DNA of 64,000 nucleotides from positions 1,312,001-1,376,000 of the forward strand of contig OY781945.1 of NCBI GenBank assembly GCA_963677435.1, read 5' to 3'. This stretch comes from an uncultured Aliarcobacter sp. Its GTDB lineage: Bacteria; Campylobacterota; Campylobacteria; Campylobacterales; Arcobacteraceae. Below are positions 1 through 9,986 of the stretch, in pieces. Each line of letters opens with the position of its first letter. Position 1 is the first letter of the stretch. Below the pieces are notes generated by a model that worked only from the letters and a program-made list of their open reading frames with translations, did no database searches and was not told the DNA's origin. Position numbers and translations under genes: made by a program.

Positions 1-1
1 T

Positions 2-457
2 AGAATTGAGCATGCAATTACTAAAGTTGTAAGACATAAAATAATTGGTGGTTTAATATTTATTGATTTAGATAATTTCAAAGAAGTAAATGATACTTTA
101 GGTCATGATATTGGAGATGCTTTACTTATTATGGTCGCTAAAAAAATTAGAGAAATTGTAAGGGATGAAGATACAATAGCTAGAATTGGTGGAGATGAAT
201 TTATTATATTACTTGATAATGTTGGAAATAATAAAGTTGATGCAAAAATTAATATTAATAATTTAGCAGAAAAAGTAAAAGAAGCATTAAATAGTATTAC
301 TCACATAGAAGGAAATGTAAATGTATCAACTCCAAGCATTGGAATTACGCTATTTAGTGATTCAAGTGTTAGTGTTAAAGATATTATTAAACAAGCAGAT
401 ACCGCTATGTATGTTGCTAAAAAACAAGGTAAAAATGCTATTGAATTCTTTGATTAA
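2..457 (+). CDS. Diguanylate cyclase (GGDEF domain), 5' end outside the window
   Basis: Frame is open from base 2 (RIEHAITK...FIDLDNFKEVNDTLGHDIGD...ARIGGDEF...ADTAMYVAKKQGKN). The track ORF at 131 starts at an internal Met. Confidence 0.93.
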   Translation, partial: RIEHAITKVVRHKIIGGLIFIDLDNFKEVNDTLGHDIGDALLIMVAKKIREIVRDEDTIARIGGDEFIILLDNVGNNKVDAKININNLAEKVKEALNSITHIEGNVNVSTPSIGITLFSDSSVSVKDIIKQADTAMYVAKKQGKNAIEFFD

Positions 458-516
458 GCAAGTGATTAAATCTTTATGATAGAATTGCGCCCCTATAAAA
501 TTTATTAAGGATTATT

Positions 517-798
517 ATGAAAAGTGCAACAGCAAGACATTTATTAGTTGATAGTGAAGAGTTATGTTTAGATTTAAAAAAAAGAATATCATCTGGTGAA
601 AAATTTGAAGATATAGCAAAAGAGTATTCTTCATGTCCATCTGGTTCAAATGGTGGAGATTTAGGTACATTTTTTGAAGGACAAATGGTTCCTGAATTTG
701 ATGCTGTAGTATTTAATGAAGCAATAAATGTAGTTCATGGTCCTGTTAAAACAGACTTTGGTTTCCATTTATTAGAAACAACTTCAAGAAGAGATTAA
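517..798 (+). CDS. ppiC: Parvulin-type peptidyl-prolyl cis-trans isomerase
   Basis: ARHLLV, SSCPSG..GGDLG, MVPEFD, GPVKTDFGFHLL motifs; 93 aa; AAGGA RBS. Confidence 0.93.
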   Translation: MKSATARHLLVDSEELCLDLKKRISSGEKFEDIAKEYSSCPSGSNGGDLGTFFEGQMVPEFDAVVFNEAINVVHGPVKTDFGFHLLETTSRRD

Positions 799-1178
799 TC
801 AATCTCTTCTTCTAGTTCTTTTGAATACTCAGTAACTTCCTCATCCCATAAAATAGAAACTCCATACTCTTTATCTGTAATTACATATTTAAAATATTCA
901 CTAGTACCTCTTCTTCCATGAAGTCTTACAATTACTTGATCTTCTTCTAGTAATTTTTTCATTTCATATTTTGAGAAACTTCTTTTATTCCATCGCAAGA
1001 ATACATTTGAATATACTCTAAAAGTACAAGTAGAATCAGCAGTAAAAACAAACTGTTCACTATCATCGTACTCTTTTTTTGCATTCTCACAAGAATAAAG
1101 ATTTACTTTTTTCCCATTTGCAGTACTTTTAATTGCATGAACATTTCCCTTACAATATGGACATTTTCCTAATATCAT
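795..1178 (-). CDS. Small Cys-containing protein resembling the topoisomerase III C-terminal zinc-ribbon repeat
   Basis: LGKCPYCKG...YSCEN...CTFRVY...EMKKLL pattern; GGAG RBS. Confidence 0.6.
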   Translation of the reverse strand: MILGKCPYCKGNVHAIKSTANGKKVNLYSCENAKKEYDDSEQFVFTADSTCTFRVYSNVFLRWNKRSFSKYEMKKLLEEDQVIVRLHGRRGTSEYFKYVITDKEYGVSILWDEEVTEYSKELEEEID

Positions 1179-1260
1179 ATTTTAAACTCCAAATAAATAT
1201 TTGATGAATTTTACTTAAAATTTAAAGAATTACTCAAAAATATTACAAATTGAAATTTAT

Positions 1261-1899
1261 TTAGGGTGCAAGTCTTGAAATAGTCCATGAATTATCACTT
1301 TGAAGTTCATAAACAAATCTATCGTGAAGTCTATCTTGTCCACCTTGCCAAAACTCTATTTTTGTAGGTTTTATAATATATCCACCCCAAAAATCAGGAA
1401 AAGGAACTTCACCTTTTACAAACTTTTTTCTTATTTCATCAAACTTTTGCTCCAGTAAACTTCTTGAACTAATCACTTGACTTTGGTGTGAAACCCAAGC
1501 CCCAATTTGACTACCTTTTGGACGTGAAAGAAAATATTTTAAAGATTCAGTTGTTGAAATTTTTTCTATATTTCCCTCAACTTTTACTTGTCTCTCTAAA
1601 TCAAGCCAAGCAAAAAGTGCTGCAGCTTTTGGGTTTTCATCAATTTGAGATGCTTTTTTACTTTTATAGTTTGTAAAAAATACAAAACCTTTTTCATCAA
1701 AGATTTTAAGAAGTACAGTTCTTATACTTGGCATCATATCAGCTCCAACAGTAGCTAGTGAAAAAGCATTTGGTTCTGTTAGTTTTGCATCCATAGCTTG
1801 ATTAAACCAAGTTTCAAACTGTAAAAAAGGGTTTTGGTTTAGATCTTTTATATCTAAACCTCTTGTTGTGTATTTAGCTCTTAGGTTTGTTAAATCCAA
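1261..1899 (-). CDS. pdxH: Pyridoxine/pyridoxamine 5'-phosphate oxidase
   Basis: EPNAFSLAT, RTVLLK, FFTNYKSKK, RQVKVEG, YFLSRP, EFWQGGQDRLHDR. Confidence 0.96.
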   Translation of the reverse strand: MDLTNLRAKYTTRGLDIKDLNQNPFLQFETWFNQAMDAKLTEPNAFSLATVGADMMPSIRTVLLKIFDEKGFVFFTNYKSKKASQIDENPKAAALFAWLDLERQVKVEGNIEKISTTESLKYFLSRPKGSQIGAWVSHQSQVISSRSLLEQKFDEIRKKFVKGEVPFPDFWGGYIIKPTKIEFWQGGQDRLHDRFVYELQSDNSWTISRLAP

Positions 1900-1950
1900 A
1901 ATTTTTCCTTTGAATTAATATGGGTTATTTTAGCCAAATAACTATTTGTT

Positions 1951-3636
1951 TCATTCCTCAAAAATGTCGAATAATATATTTCTAAGTTCAATTTTCATTT
2001 GTTCATTTAAAATTTTCTTATTTGAATAAAGATAAAAAGGAACAGTATTTCTCATTGAGTATTTTAATCTTTTTCTTAAAGTTGAAATTTCATCAAGATT
2101 TATTAATTCATCTCCATCATACAGATAAAAATCTTTTGCAATTCCTAATTTAAATGAAACAATTTGATATGAGAAAAATAGATTATCCTCTTGATTTTCC
2201 CATTTTTTAATAAATTCATCTAAAGCATTTTGTAACTCTTTTAGTCTATTATCTGTGATATAACCAAAACTTTCTCTAAATTTATATCGCTCAACAGTTG
2301 TAAAATCTAGAACTTTATAGAACTCATTTAGATTTTTCCATGGACTTCTAAATCTTCTTTTTCCAAATAAAACCTCTTCAAAGCAATACATATATTTTAT
2401 ATCTTCTTGGGTTTGGTTCTCTTTGTCTTTTATTTCAAAATATTTAGTTTTAAATAAAGAAATTAGCCAATTTTCATCAAGCATAGAGATTATATCAAGC
2501 TCTTTTTGTTTATTTTGAGTGTTTTTAAAATTCCATAACATAGAGATATTATTTGATATTTTTTCATTTATATCTCCAGATTCAAAATATTTTTTTGATA
2601 AATATTGAACTACATTTTCAAGTAAAGTATCTGTTTTTGCAATTCCATGATTAAAAATTACTTTTTTATAAAGATTAAATCTCATCTCTAACATATGTTC
2701 AATATCAATTAAACTCATATCAAAAAAGCTTAGATAAAATTTTTCATCTTTTTCAACTAATACAGCTTGTTTTGTAATTCTTATATGATCATTTGGGCCT
2801 GTTATATAACCACTTGCAAGCATATCACGGTTTATATAATCAAGTCTATCTGCATCAACTGTGCTATCAATAAAATTATGTAAAACTTTAAAATCAAAAC
2901 CTTCAAAAACTTGCTCTTCTAAAATCAAAATTGACAATCTTTTGATTAATTTTAAATACTCTTTTTCATAAGATTTAACAAGTAATTCTTCAAGTTCATA
3001 ATCAAATAAAAGCTTTAAAAGATTTTCTCCAATAGCTTCATGTAAAACTTCTTTACCATTGTTTGTTATGCTTTCATAATTGTCTTTGAATTTAACTTCT
3101 TTTTCACAAATAATCTCTTGATTTAACTCTTTTTCTTTTATTTTGTCATAAACTTTTTTTAGTGCATATTCAACTTGGTGAGAAAAAGGTAAATGTCCCA
3201 CATCATGAAGTAGGGCAACAATTCGTAAAGTTTGTAAGAAAATAGTATAAGTTGCCCTTTGAGCTTTTGATTTTGTGGGAATTGTAAATTGATATAAAGC
3301 TTTATTATCAAAATACTCCATATCATCTATAGTAACTTTTAAATTTTCCTCTTTTATGATGCTAAGAATTACTCTTTTTAGTGAAGCCAAAAAATCATTT
3401 TTTGTTCTTTTATCTGCATTTAAAAGGGCATTTTTAAACATAAAAGAGGCTAAATGCATTGTTCCTAAAGAGTGAATAAATCTTTTAGTCGTAATTGATG
3501 GATAAGAAAAATATGCCAAGGCATTTTGAGTTATGAATTGTAATCTATTTACTATTTTTGTTTGAAGAATTTTATCTTCAAGTTTTGTATACTCTATATG
3601 ATTGTATATAGTGTCATTTATCAGTCTATTTTGTAT
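1951..3636 (-). CDS. HD-domain phosphohydrolase (SAMHD1/dNTP triphosphohydrolase-like); probable ATA start upstream of the track ORF
   Basis: RFIHSLG, ALLHDVGHLPFSH, DADRLDYINRD. The frame stays open 39 codons upstream of 3519 and encodes the family N-terminal motif (INDTIYNHI...IVNRLQFITQNALAY). AAGGA lies 7 nt before ATA at 3636. Confidence 0.85.
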   Translation of the reverse strand: MQNRLINDTIYNHIEYTKLEDKILQTKIVNRLQFITQNALAYFSYPSITTKRFIHSLGTMHLASFMFKNALLNADKRTKNDFLASLKRVILSIIKEENLKVTIDDMEYFDNKALYQFTIPTKSKAQRATYTIFLQTLRIVALLHDVGHLPFSHQVEYALKKVYDKIKEKELNQEIICEKEVKFKDNYESITNNGKEVLHEAIGENLLKLLFDYELEELLVKSYEKEYLKLIKRLSILILEEQVFEGFDFKVLHNFIDSTVDADRLDYINRDMLASGYITGPNDHIRITKQAVLVEKDEKFYLSFFDMSLIDIEHMLEMRFNLYKKVIFNHGIAKTDTLLENVVQYLSKKYFESGDINEKISNNISMLWNFKNTQNKQKELDIISMLDENWLISLFKTKYFEIKDKENQTQEDIKYMYCFEEVLFGKRRFRSPWKNLNEFYKVLDFTTVERYKFRESFGYITDNRLKELQNALDEFIKKWENQEDNLFFSYQIVSFKLGIAKDFYLYDGDELINLDEISTLRKRLKYSMRNTVPFYLYSNKKILNEQMKIELRNILFDIFEE

Positions 3637-3744
3637 GAGATATTCCTTTGTTTTTATTTTAATATTATATTTTTCTTCAAGTGTATTATTGCTTAATTTA
3701 ATACTATATATAGATTTATTTTCATTTAATGCTAACTGTTATAT

Positions 3745-3763
3745 TATACTAATAACTATTATC
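3745..3763 (+). promoter_or_regulatory. Fur-box-like site overlapping a -10-like hexamer (TATACT)
   Basis: TATACTAATAACTATTATC matches GATAATGATAATCATTATC at 14/19, just upstream of the 39-aa ORF. Confidence 0.5.
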
Positions 3764-3776
3764 AAAAAGAGGAATT

Positions 3777-3896
3777 ATGGAAGATTATATCATATATGGT
3801 ATCGTAATCTTAGCTGTGTTTTTTTTATATAAAAAAACATTTGGAAAAAATGCTGGTTGTGGATGTTCTGGCAAAAGTAAATGTTCTAAGAAATAG
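3777..3896 (+). CDS. FeoB-associated-type Cys-rich small membrane protein (39 aa, not in the ORF track)
   Basis: GAGGA RBS, then MEDYIIYGIVILAVFFLYKKTFGKNAGCGCSGKSKCSKK*: one hydrophobic helix plus a GCGC..C tail. Confidence 0.8.
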   Translation: MEDYIIYGIVILAVFFLYKKTFGKNAGCGCSGKSKCSKK

Positions 3897-3916
3897 AACT
3901 AGTAGTTCTATTTCTT
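3888..3916. terminator. Hairpin between convergent genes
   Basis: AAGAAATAGAACT-agt-AGTTCTATTTCTT, 13-bp perfect stem. Confidence 0.65.
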
Positions 3917-3924
3917 GTTTGAAC

Positions 3925-5316
3925 TCAATCTTTTCTATTTTCAAAGATTCTCTCTGTAAATTGAGCAAATTTACCACGAACAGCTTTTTCAAGCTCTATT
4001 GCAAACATTTTAAGCTCTGGATGAGTTTCATTTGTCTGTTTTAGAAGAGTTGTTAATCCATTATTATATTTATTCAAATATAGATTATCGATTTGTCTAT
4101 TTGAACCAATTACAATAGCCATACAACTTTCATCAAGTCTTGAAAGTATTAATTGTGTTGTTTTTTCACTTGAGTTTTGCCATTCATCCATTATCACAAT
4201 GGAAGCTGACAAAGTTCTTCCTCTAGCTTCTCCTGGCCATAAAGTTTCTATACAATATCTTGATCTTAATTCATCAATTTTTGATTCTATTGATTCTTGA
4301 TTTTCTCTATTTTCACTTTTTTTAAGATGTTTTTTTGCAATGAATTCTAAGGTATCCATAAGTGCCATATTATAGATTCTAAACTTCTCATCATTTCCTG
4401 ATAAATATCCAATATCTGCACCTTTATCAAGGGATTCTATAGAGTTTCTAACATAAACAATTTTATCATATAAACCTAAATCAATAAGTCTCATGGCACT
4501 CACAACTGACATCAGAGTTTTTCCACTTCCAGCTTTTGCATCAATTACAAGTAAATCATACATATTTGATAAAATGGCTTTTGTAAATAGTTTTTGTTTT
4601 AGATTTACTGGTTTTACATTTAAAGCTTTAAAATCATTCTCTTTTAAAACATCAACCCTTTTATCATGAATAATTGCATATTCTACATTTCCATCCGAAC
4701 TTTCAAAACTATATGCAAAGTTTTCAGCTTCGTATTCACTATCAACTAAAGTAATATCTTTATTTTCTAAACTATTAAATAATGAAGAATCAAATTCTAT
4801 TGATTTTACAAAGTTAAATTTAGGAACAGTAGATTTATCATCATGTAGAGTTTCTGTTTTAATACTTTTAAAAAGTGCAAAGGTTCTTGCATATACATCA
4901 AGTGATAAAAAGATTGTTTGGCAACCTTTGTAGTATTCTTGGGCTATTGAAGCTACTTCTATTATTCTTTTATCATTTGACTCAGAAATATGAATTTGCT
5001 CAATTACCGTGTCATATTTATCTTTTGAGATAATATCAATATTTATCTCTTCATTAAAAAGTTTCACAACTTTAAAGCCAAGTTTATAATCAACCTCTTT
5101 TATTTTCATCTTTGCTAATAATCTTGCAAACTCTCTTGAATAATACCCAAGTTCACTAGACAGTTTCTTTTTATCCTCTAATTCAAGAAGAACTGTTTCA
5201 GGTACTACGATGTGGTTAGTTTTATTGTCTGAAATTTTGTAGAGATTTTGAAGATTTTGTAAGATGATGTTTGTGTCTAGGACATATACTTTTTCTTTCA
5301 TAAGAAATTCTAACAT
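3925..5316 (-). CDS. PIN-domain PhoH-family ATPase (PhoH2/YlaK type); start may be 5301
   Basis: N-terminal VYVLDTN PIN motif; AKAGSGKT Walker A; GYLSG, RGRTL, IMDEWQN, GSNRQID PhoH motifs. Confidence 0.9.
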   Translation of the reverse strand: MLEFLMKEKVYVLDTNIILQNLQNLYKISDNKTNHIVVPETVLLELEDKKKLSSELGYYSREFARLLAKMKIKEVDYKLGFKVVKLFNEEINIDIISKDKYDTVIEQIHISESNDKRIIEVASIAQEYYKGCQTIFLSLDVYARTFALFKSIKTETLHDDKSTVPKFNFVKSIEFDSSLFNSLENKDITLVDSEYEAENFAYSFESSDGNVEYAIIHDKRVDVLKENDFKALNVKPVNLKQKLFTKAILSNMYDLLVIDAKAGSGKTLMSVVSAMRLIDLGLYDKIVYVRNSIESLDKGADIGYLSGNDEKFRIYNMALMDTLEFIAKKHLKKSENRENQESIESKIDELRSRYCIETLWPGEARGRTLSASIVIMDEWQNSSEKTTQLILSRLDESCMAIVIGSNRQIDNLYLNKYNNGLTTLLKQTNETHPELKMFAIELEKAVRGKFAQFTERIFENRKD

Positions 5317-5443
5317 AGATTGATAACAAAAAAGTTACATTATTTGGATGTTTTGTATAAATTTAATTTACGATTATTTTCTTATTTCTTAACTTTACAT
5401 AAATAATTGTATAATTGTTAAATTAATTAATTTAAGGATTTAT

Positions 5444-7129
5444 GTGAGTTTAACACTTGAATATACTTTATTATTTATAGCAATTTTAATTATTATTTAC
5501 TTGCTTTCTGAGTTAAAAAATAAAAGAAAGTTAAAAAGAGAAAATCATATATTAAAACAATATAGAGAAGTAGTAGAAGATAGTAATATTATTTCTAAAT
5601 CAGATTTAAGAGGTAATATAACTTATGTAAATGATAAATTTTGTGAAGTAACTTTATATAAAAGAGAAGAGGTAATAGATAAACCTCACAGCATATTAAA
5701 AGGTGAAAATTCAAAAGAAGTTTTTAAAGAATTATGGGAAACAATAAGCAATAAAAAAACATGGCAGGGACTTTTAAGAAATAGAAGAAAAGATGGCGAA
5801 TACTATTATGTTAATATTACTATTCGACCTATTTTAGATGAAAATAATGAAATTATAGAGTACATTGCAATTAGACATGAAATAACAGATTTGATTCATA
5901 AATCAATAGAATTAGAAAAAAGTTTAAGGGAAGATTTTTTAACTAAAGAGGGAAATAGATTTAAATTATTTGAAGATATTAAAAAATCAAAAAAACCCTC
6001 ATTAGCACTTTTAGATATAAATAGATTTGGTGATATAAATGATTTCTATGGTTATGATGTTGGAGATGAAGTTTTAAAAATTGTTTCAAAAGAATTTAGA
6101 AATTTCATGGGAAATAAATACTCTTTATATAGAATTTATTCAGATGAATTTGCAATTTTAGCTGATAATGAAGACAGAGAACATTTTATTGGGTTAATAA
6201 AATTTATTACAGATTCTATTTCATCTTCTCCTTTGCAAATCAAAGGTAAAGAGATATATATTCAAATGAGTTTTAGTTTATCTTTTGAAGAAAAAGATAG
6301 TCTGAAAAAAACCGCAAATATAATACAACGATATTCAAAAGTAAATAAAGATATTTATATTTATGACAAAAAATTAGAAATTGAAAAAATTTACGAAAAA
6401 AATATTATGTGGACAAATAAATTAAAAAAAGCCTTTGAAAGTGATAGTATAGTTCCTTATTATCAGGCGATATACAATATAAAAACAAATAAAATTGAGA
6501 AATACGAAGCATTAGTTAGACTAATTGATGAACATGGAATTGCTATTTCTCCATTTTATTTTTTAGATATTGCAAAAAAATCTAAACAATATTTAAAGCT
6601 TACAAGACATGTTATAAAAAAATCGTTTGAATATTTTAAAGACAAAGATTATGAATTTTCTATAAATTTAACCCTTGAAGATATAAAAAGCAAAAATATC
6701 TCTTCATATGTGATGGAAATGCTAAAAGAGTACAACATTGCTTCAAAAGTAGTATTTGAAATAGTCGAATCAGAGGGAATTGATGATTTCTCTCAAGTTA
6801 ATAGTTTTATTGATACGGTAAGAGCATTAGGATGTAAAATTGCAATAGATGACTTTGGGAGCGGATATTCAAATTTTGAATATCTAATAAAATTAAATGC
6901 TGATTATATAAAAATAGATGGTTCGTTAATCAAAGATATTTTGGTAAATAAAAATAATCAAGAAATAGTAATAACGATACTTGATTTTGCTAAAAGACAA
7001 GGCTTTAAAACAATTGCTGAGTTTGTATCATCAAAAGAGATTTTTGAAAAAGTTAAAGAGTTAGGTTTTGATTATGCTCAAGGATATTATATTAGTGAAC
7101 CAAAATATGAAATTTTAGCAGAAGCTTAA
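5444..7129 (+). CDS. TM-PAS-GGDEF(degenerate)-EAL c-di-GMP phosphodiesterase
   Basis: PAS (ITYVNDKFC, NRRKDG), YSDEF in place of GGDEF, YEALVR, DDFGSGYSN, IKIDGSL, AQGYY. Confidence 0.92.
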   Translation: MSLTLEYTLLFIAILIIIYLLSELKNKRKLKRENHILKQYREVVEDSNIISKSDLRGNITYVNDKFCEVTLYKREEVIDKPHSILKGENSKEVFKELWETISNKKTWQGLLRNRRKDGEYYYVNITIRPILDENNEIIEYIAIRHEITDLIHKSIELEKSLREDFLTKEGNRFKLFEDIKKSKKPSLALLDINRFGDINDFYGYDVGDEVLKIVSKEFRNFMGNKYSLYRIYSDEFAILADNEDREHFIGLIKFITDSISSSPLQIKGKEIYIQMSFSLSFEEKDSLKKTANIIQRYSKVNKDIYIYDKKLEIEKIYEKNIMWTNKLKKAFESDSIVPYYQAIYNIKTNKIEKYEALVRLIDEHGIAISPFYFLDIAKKSKQYLKLTRHVIKKSFEYFKDKDYEFSINLTLEDIKSKNISSYVMEMLKEYNIASKVVFEIVESEGIDDFSQVNSFIDTVRALGCKIAIDDFGSGYSNFEYLIKLNADYIKIDGSLIKDILVNKNNQEIVITILDFAKRQGFKTIAEFVSSKEIFEKVKELGFDYAQGYYISEPKYEILAEA

Positions 7130-7147
7130 GAGTTAACTCTTAAGCTT
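7122..7147. terminator. Perfect 26-bp palindrome covering both stop codons of a convergent gene pair
   Basis: AAGCTTAAGAGTT|AACTCTTAAGCTT. Confidence 0.6.
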
Positions 7148-7649
7148 TAGATAGTTTTACAAGATTATTAATCATAGAAATTGCAGTTTCTTCATTTAAA
7201 GGTTTTTCATAAGTAGTTAAAATTTCTCTTGCAAGAATATTTGCACCTAAATGTTGAAATTGTATTCTCATAGCTTGAAGACCTTTCGCTCCACCACCAC
7301 CGCTGTGAGTTGCTAGGGCAACTGTTTTTTCATTGAAAGCATCTCTCCAGTCTTTTGTTGCTCTTGAAGTCCACGCCATTGCATTGTTTAATACAGGAGG
7401 CATTACACCATTATATTCAGGAGCTACAATTATAAATGCTTTTAATGCTAATATTTTTGTTGCTAAATCAAGTACAATTTCTGGAATTCCATTTTCTTGT
7501 TCTTCAACTGTACTATATAAAGGTAGTCTTAAATCAACTAAATTTATTAATTCAGCTTCATAACCAAGAGTTTTTGTAATTTCTTGAAGTTTTAATCCTA
7601 ATTTTAAATTATTATTTGAACTTGCTACTAATATTCCTATTTTTGACAT
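7140..7649 (-). CDS. NADPH-dependent FMN reductase (flavodoxin-like fold)
   Basis: APEYNGVMPPVLNNAMAW and SGGGG motifs. Confidence 0.9.
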   Translation of the reverse strand: MSKIGILVASSNNNLKLGLKLQEITKTLGYEAELINLVDLRLPLYSTVEEQENGIPEIVLDLATKILALKAFIIVAPEYNGVMPPVLNNAMAWTSRATKDWRDAFNEKTVALATHSGGGGAKGLQAMRIQFQHLGANILAREILTTYEKPLNEETAISMINNLVKLSKA

Positions 7650-7792
7650 AATTATCCTTATTTATATTTTTAAAACTTGATTATAACAAAGCAATACTTT
7701 TATTCAGGATAATAAAAAATAATAAAATTAGTTTTACTTTAAAATAAAAACTGCTACAATTAGACAGTGTTAACTCAATATTAAGTAATAAA

Positions 7793-9694
7793 ATGAAAAT
7801 TGCAAAAGAAGAAAAATTTTTAAAAATAATAAAATTCACTCCATCAATATTTGTAATAATTATTTCATTGCTTGTGATTTTATTTTTATATTTTGAAAAT
7901 AAAAAAACATTTAATCAAGAAAAAAAAGAGATTGAGCAAAAATATATTTTTGAAAAGAAAGAACTTATTAAAGAAGAAGTAAATAGAGTATACACTTTTA
8001 TAGAACACTTACAAAAAAGTACAGAAAAAGAACTTAAAAAAAATGTTAAAAGTAGGGTTTATGAAGCCCATGCAATTGCAACTGGAATTTATAATAAATA
8101 TAAAGATACAAAAACTAAAGAAGAAATTTTCCAATTAATAAAAGTAGCATTTAATGATATTCGATTTAATGATGGTAGAGGATATTATTTTATGGATGAT
8201 GTAAATGGTGTAAAACTATCCCATCCAATTGATACTTCTATTGAAGGCAAAAATCTTTTAAACTATACAGATGTAAAAGGTTATAAGCTTTTTGAAACAA
8301 TAGTAAAAACAATAAAAGATAAGACAGAAAGATTTGATGAATATTATTGGTATAAACCAAATTCAACTAATGAAATAGGAAGAAAAATCTCTTTTTATAA
8401 ATATTTCGAACCATTAAATATCGCAATTGGCACAGGTGAATATTTTGATGATTTTGAAAAAAATATACAAAAAGAAGCCTTAGAATATATAAACTTAATT
8501 AGATTTGATAAAGCAGGTTATATTTTTATTTTAGATAAAAATAAAGAGTATGTGAGTCATTTTGATAAAAAGATAGTTAGTTTAAATATAGCTAATATGT
8601 CAAATGAATTGAAAGAAATAACTTTAAAATTATGGAAAATAGGAGAAAGTGGAGATGGATATTATACTTATATTCAAAATCCAAAACCTTATTCTAATGA
8701 AGCTGCAAAAAAAACTAGTTATGTAAAAGGTTATAAAGATTGGAATTGGGTTATTGGTTCAGGTTTTTATGAAGATGATATTTTCAAAGAAATTTTAGAA
8801 ACTAAAAAAAGACTAGATGATAAATATGAAAATTATATTAAAAACATTTTAATTATAGGTCTTGTATTAATAATCATATTATTGTTTATTTCAAGATATG
8901 TTTCAATTTATTTAGAAAATAAATTCAAAGAATATAAAATTGAATTACGAAAACAACAAGCAATATTACATCAACAATCAAAAATGGCTGCAATGGGAGA
9001 AATGATAGGAAATATCGCTCATCAATGGAGACAGCCTTTATCAACAATTACTACAGCTTCAACTGGTATGGTATTACAAAAAGAGATGGGAGTATTAACA
9101 GATGAGTTCTTCTTTGAAGCCTCTAATAAAATTAATACATCAGCACAATATCTATCAAAAACAATTGATGATTTTAGAAACTTTTTTAGTCCTAATAAAA
9201 TAAAATCAAAAATTCAAATCGAAGAATTATTTACAACAACTTTAGATCTAATTTCTGCACAATTTAATGCAAAAGATATAAAGATAATAAAGAGTATAGA
9301 TAATATAGAGTTATATACATATGAAAATGAATTAGTTCAAGCATTAATAAATATTTTAAATAATGCTAGAGATGAATTAATTAAATTACCTAGTGAATCT
9401 GAAAAACTTATATTTATTGATGTTCATACAAGTAATAAAAACACTCTTTTAATATTAATAAAAGATAATGCAGGTGGAATTGCGAATAATAATTTTGATA
9501 AAATATTTGAACCATATTTTACAACTAAACATCAATCACAAGGTACAGGTATTGGCCTTTATATGACAGAAGAAATTATCACAAAACATTTAGATGGTAA
9601 AATAACTGTTAAAAATAAAGAGTTTATTTATAATGATAAATCGTATACTGGAGCTCAATTTAAAATTGAACTTAGTTTAGAAAAAAATGATTAA
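7793..9694 (+). CDS. Cache-domain sensor histidine kinase
   Basis: Two TM segments, tandem Cache-like repeats (GRGYYF..., IAIGTGEY, WVIGSGFY), H-box IAHQWRQPL, DNAGGI, GTGIGLY. Confidence 0.92.
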   Translation: MKIAKEEKFLKIIKFTPSIFVIIISLLVILFLYFENKKTFNQEKKEIEQKYIFEKKELIKEEVNRVYTFIEHLQKSTEKELKKNVKSRVYEAHAIATGIYNKYKDTKTKEEIFQLIKVAFNDIRFNDGRGYYFMDDVNGVKLSHPIDTSIEGKNLLNYTDVKGYKLFETIVKTIKDKTERFDEYYWYKPNSTNEIGRKISFYKYFEPLNIAIGTGEYFDDFEKNIQKEALEYINLIRFDKAGYIFILDKNKEYVSHFDKKIVSLNIANMSNELKEITLKLWKIGESGDGYYTYIQNPKPYSNEAAKKTSYVKGYKDWNWVIGSGFYEDDIFKEILETKKRLDDKYENYIKNILIIGLVLIIILLFISRYVSIYLENKFKEYKIELRKQQAILHQQSKMAAMGEMIGNIAHQWRQPLSTITTASTGMVLQKEMGVLTDEFFFEASNKINTSAQYLSKTIDDFRNFFSPNKIKSKIQIEELFTTTLDLISAQFNAKDIKIIKSIDNIELYTYENELVQALINILNNARDELIKLPSESEKLIFIDVHTSNKNTLLILIKDNAGGIANNNFDKIFEPYFTTKHQSQGTGIGLYMTEEIITKHLDGKITVKNKEFIYNDKSYTGAQFKIELSLEKND

Positions 9695-9773
9695 TTAGAA
9701 TTTTTTATACATTGATTGAAAAGTAAAATGTTAGATTTATTAAATTGAAAAAATATGATTTTGTTAACACAAA

Positions 9774-9791
9774 GTGGTGCGAATGGTGAGA
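9774..9791. repeat. att site distal to the tRNA (displaced tRNA-Leu 3' fragment)
   Basis: GTGGTGCGAATGGTGAGA is identical to 15890..15907; the match extends to 25/26 over 9766..9791 vs 15882..15907. Confidence 0.92.
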
Positions 9792-9986
9792 TTGTCTAAA
9801 AGACAATATTAATAACTATAAAAACACTATAAAAAGGCACTTCTAGAAAAATTAATTTTTATACTTTTTGTTGAATATAGTTGTTTTTGGAACAATATTA
9901 TCACAATTTAATACATCTTTTTATTCAGAGTTGTTTTTCTTTATAAAATCAGCACACTTAAATATTTATTATTTCATTTTAGAAAG

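Noticed and set aside
3602..4044. Track ORFs 3602..3832 and 3841..4044
   Set aside because: No RBS or motif; they overlap the better supported 39-aa ORF, the HD gene start and the PhoH gene end.
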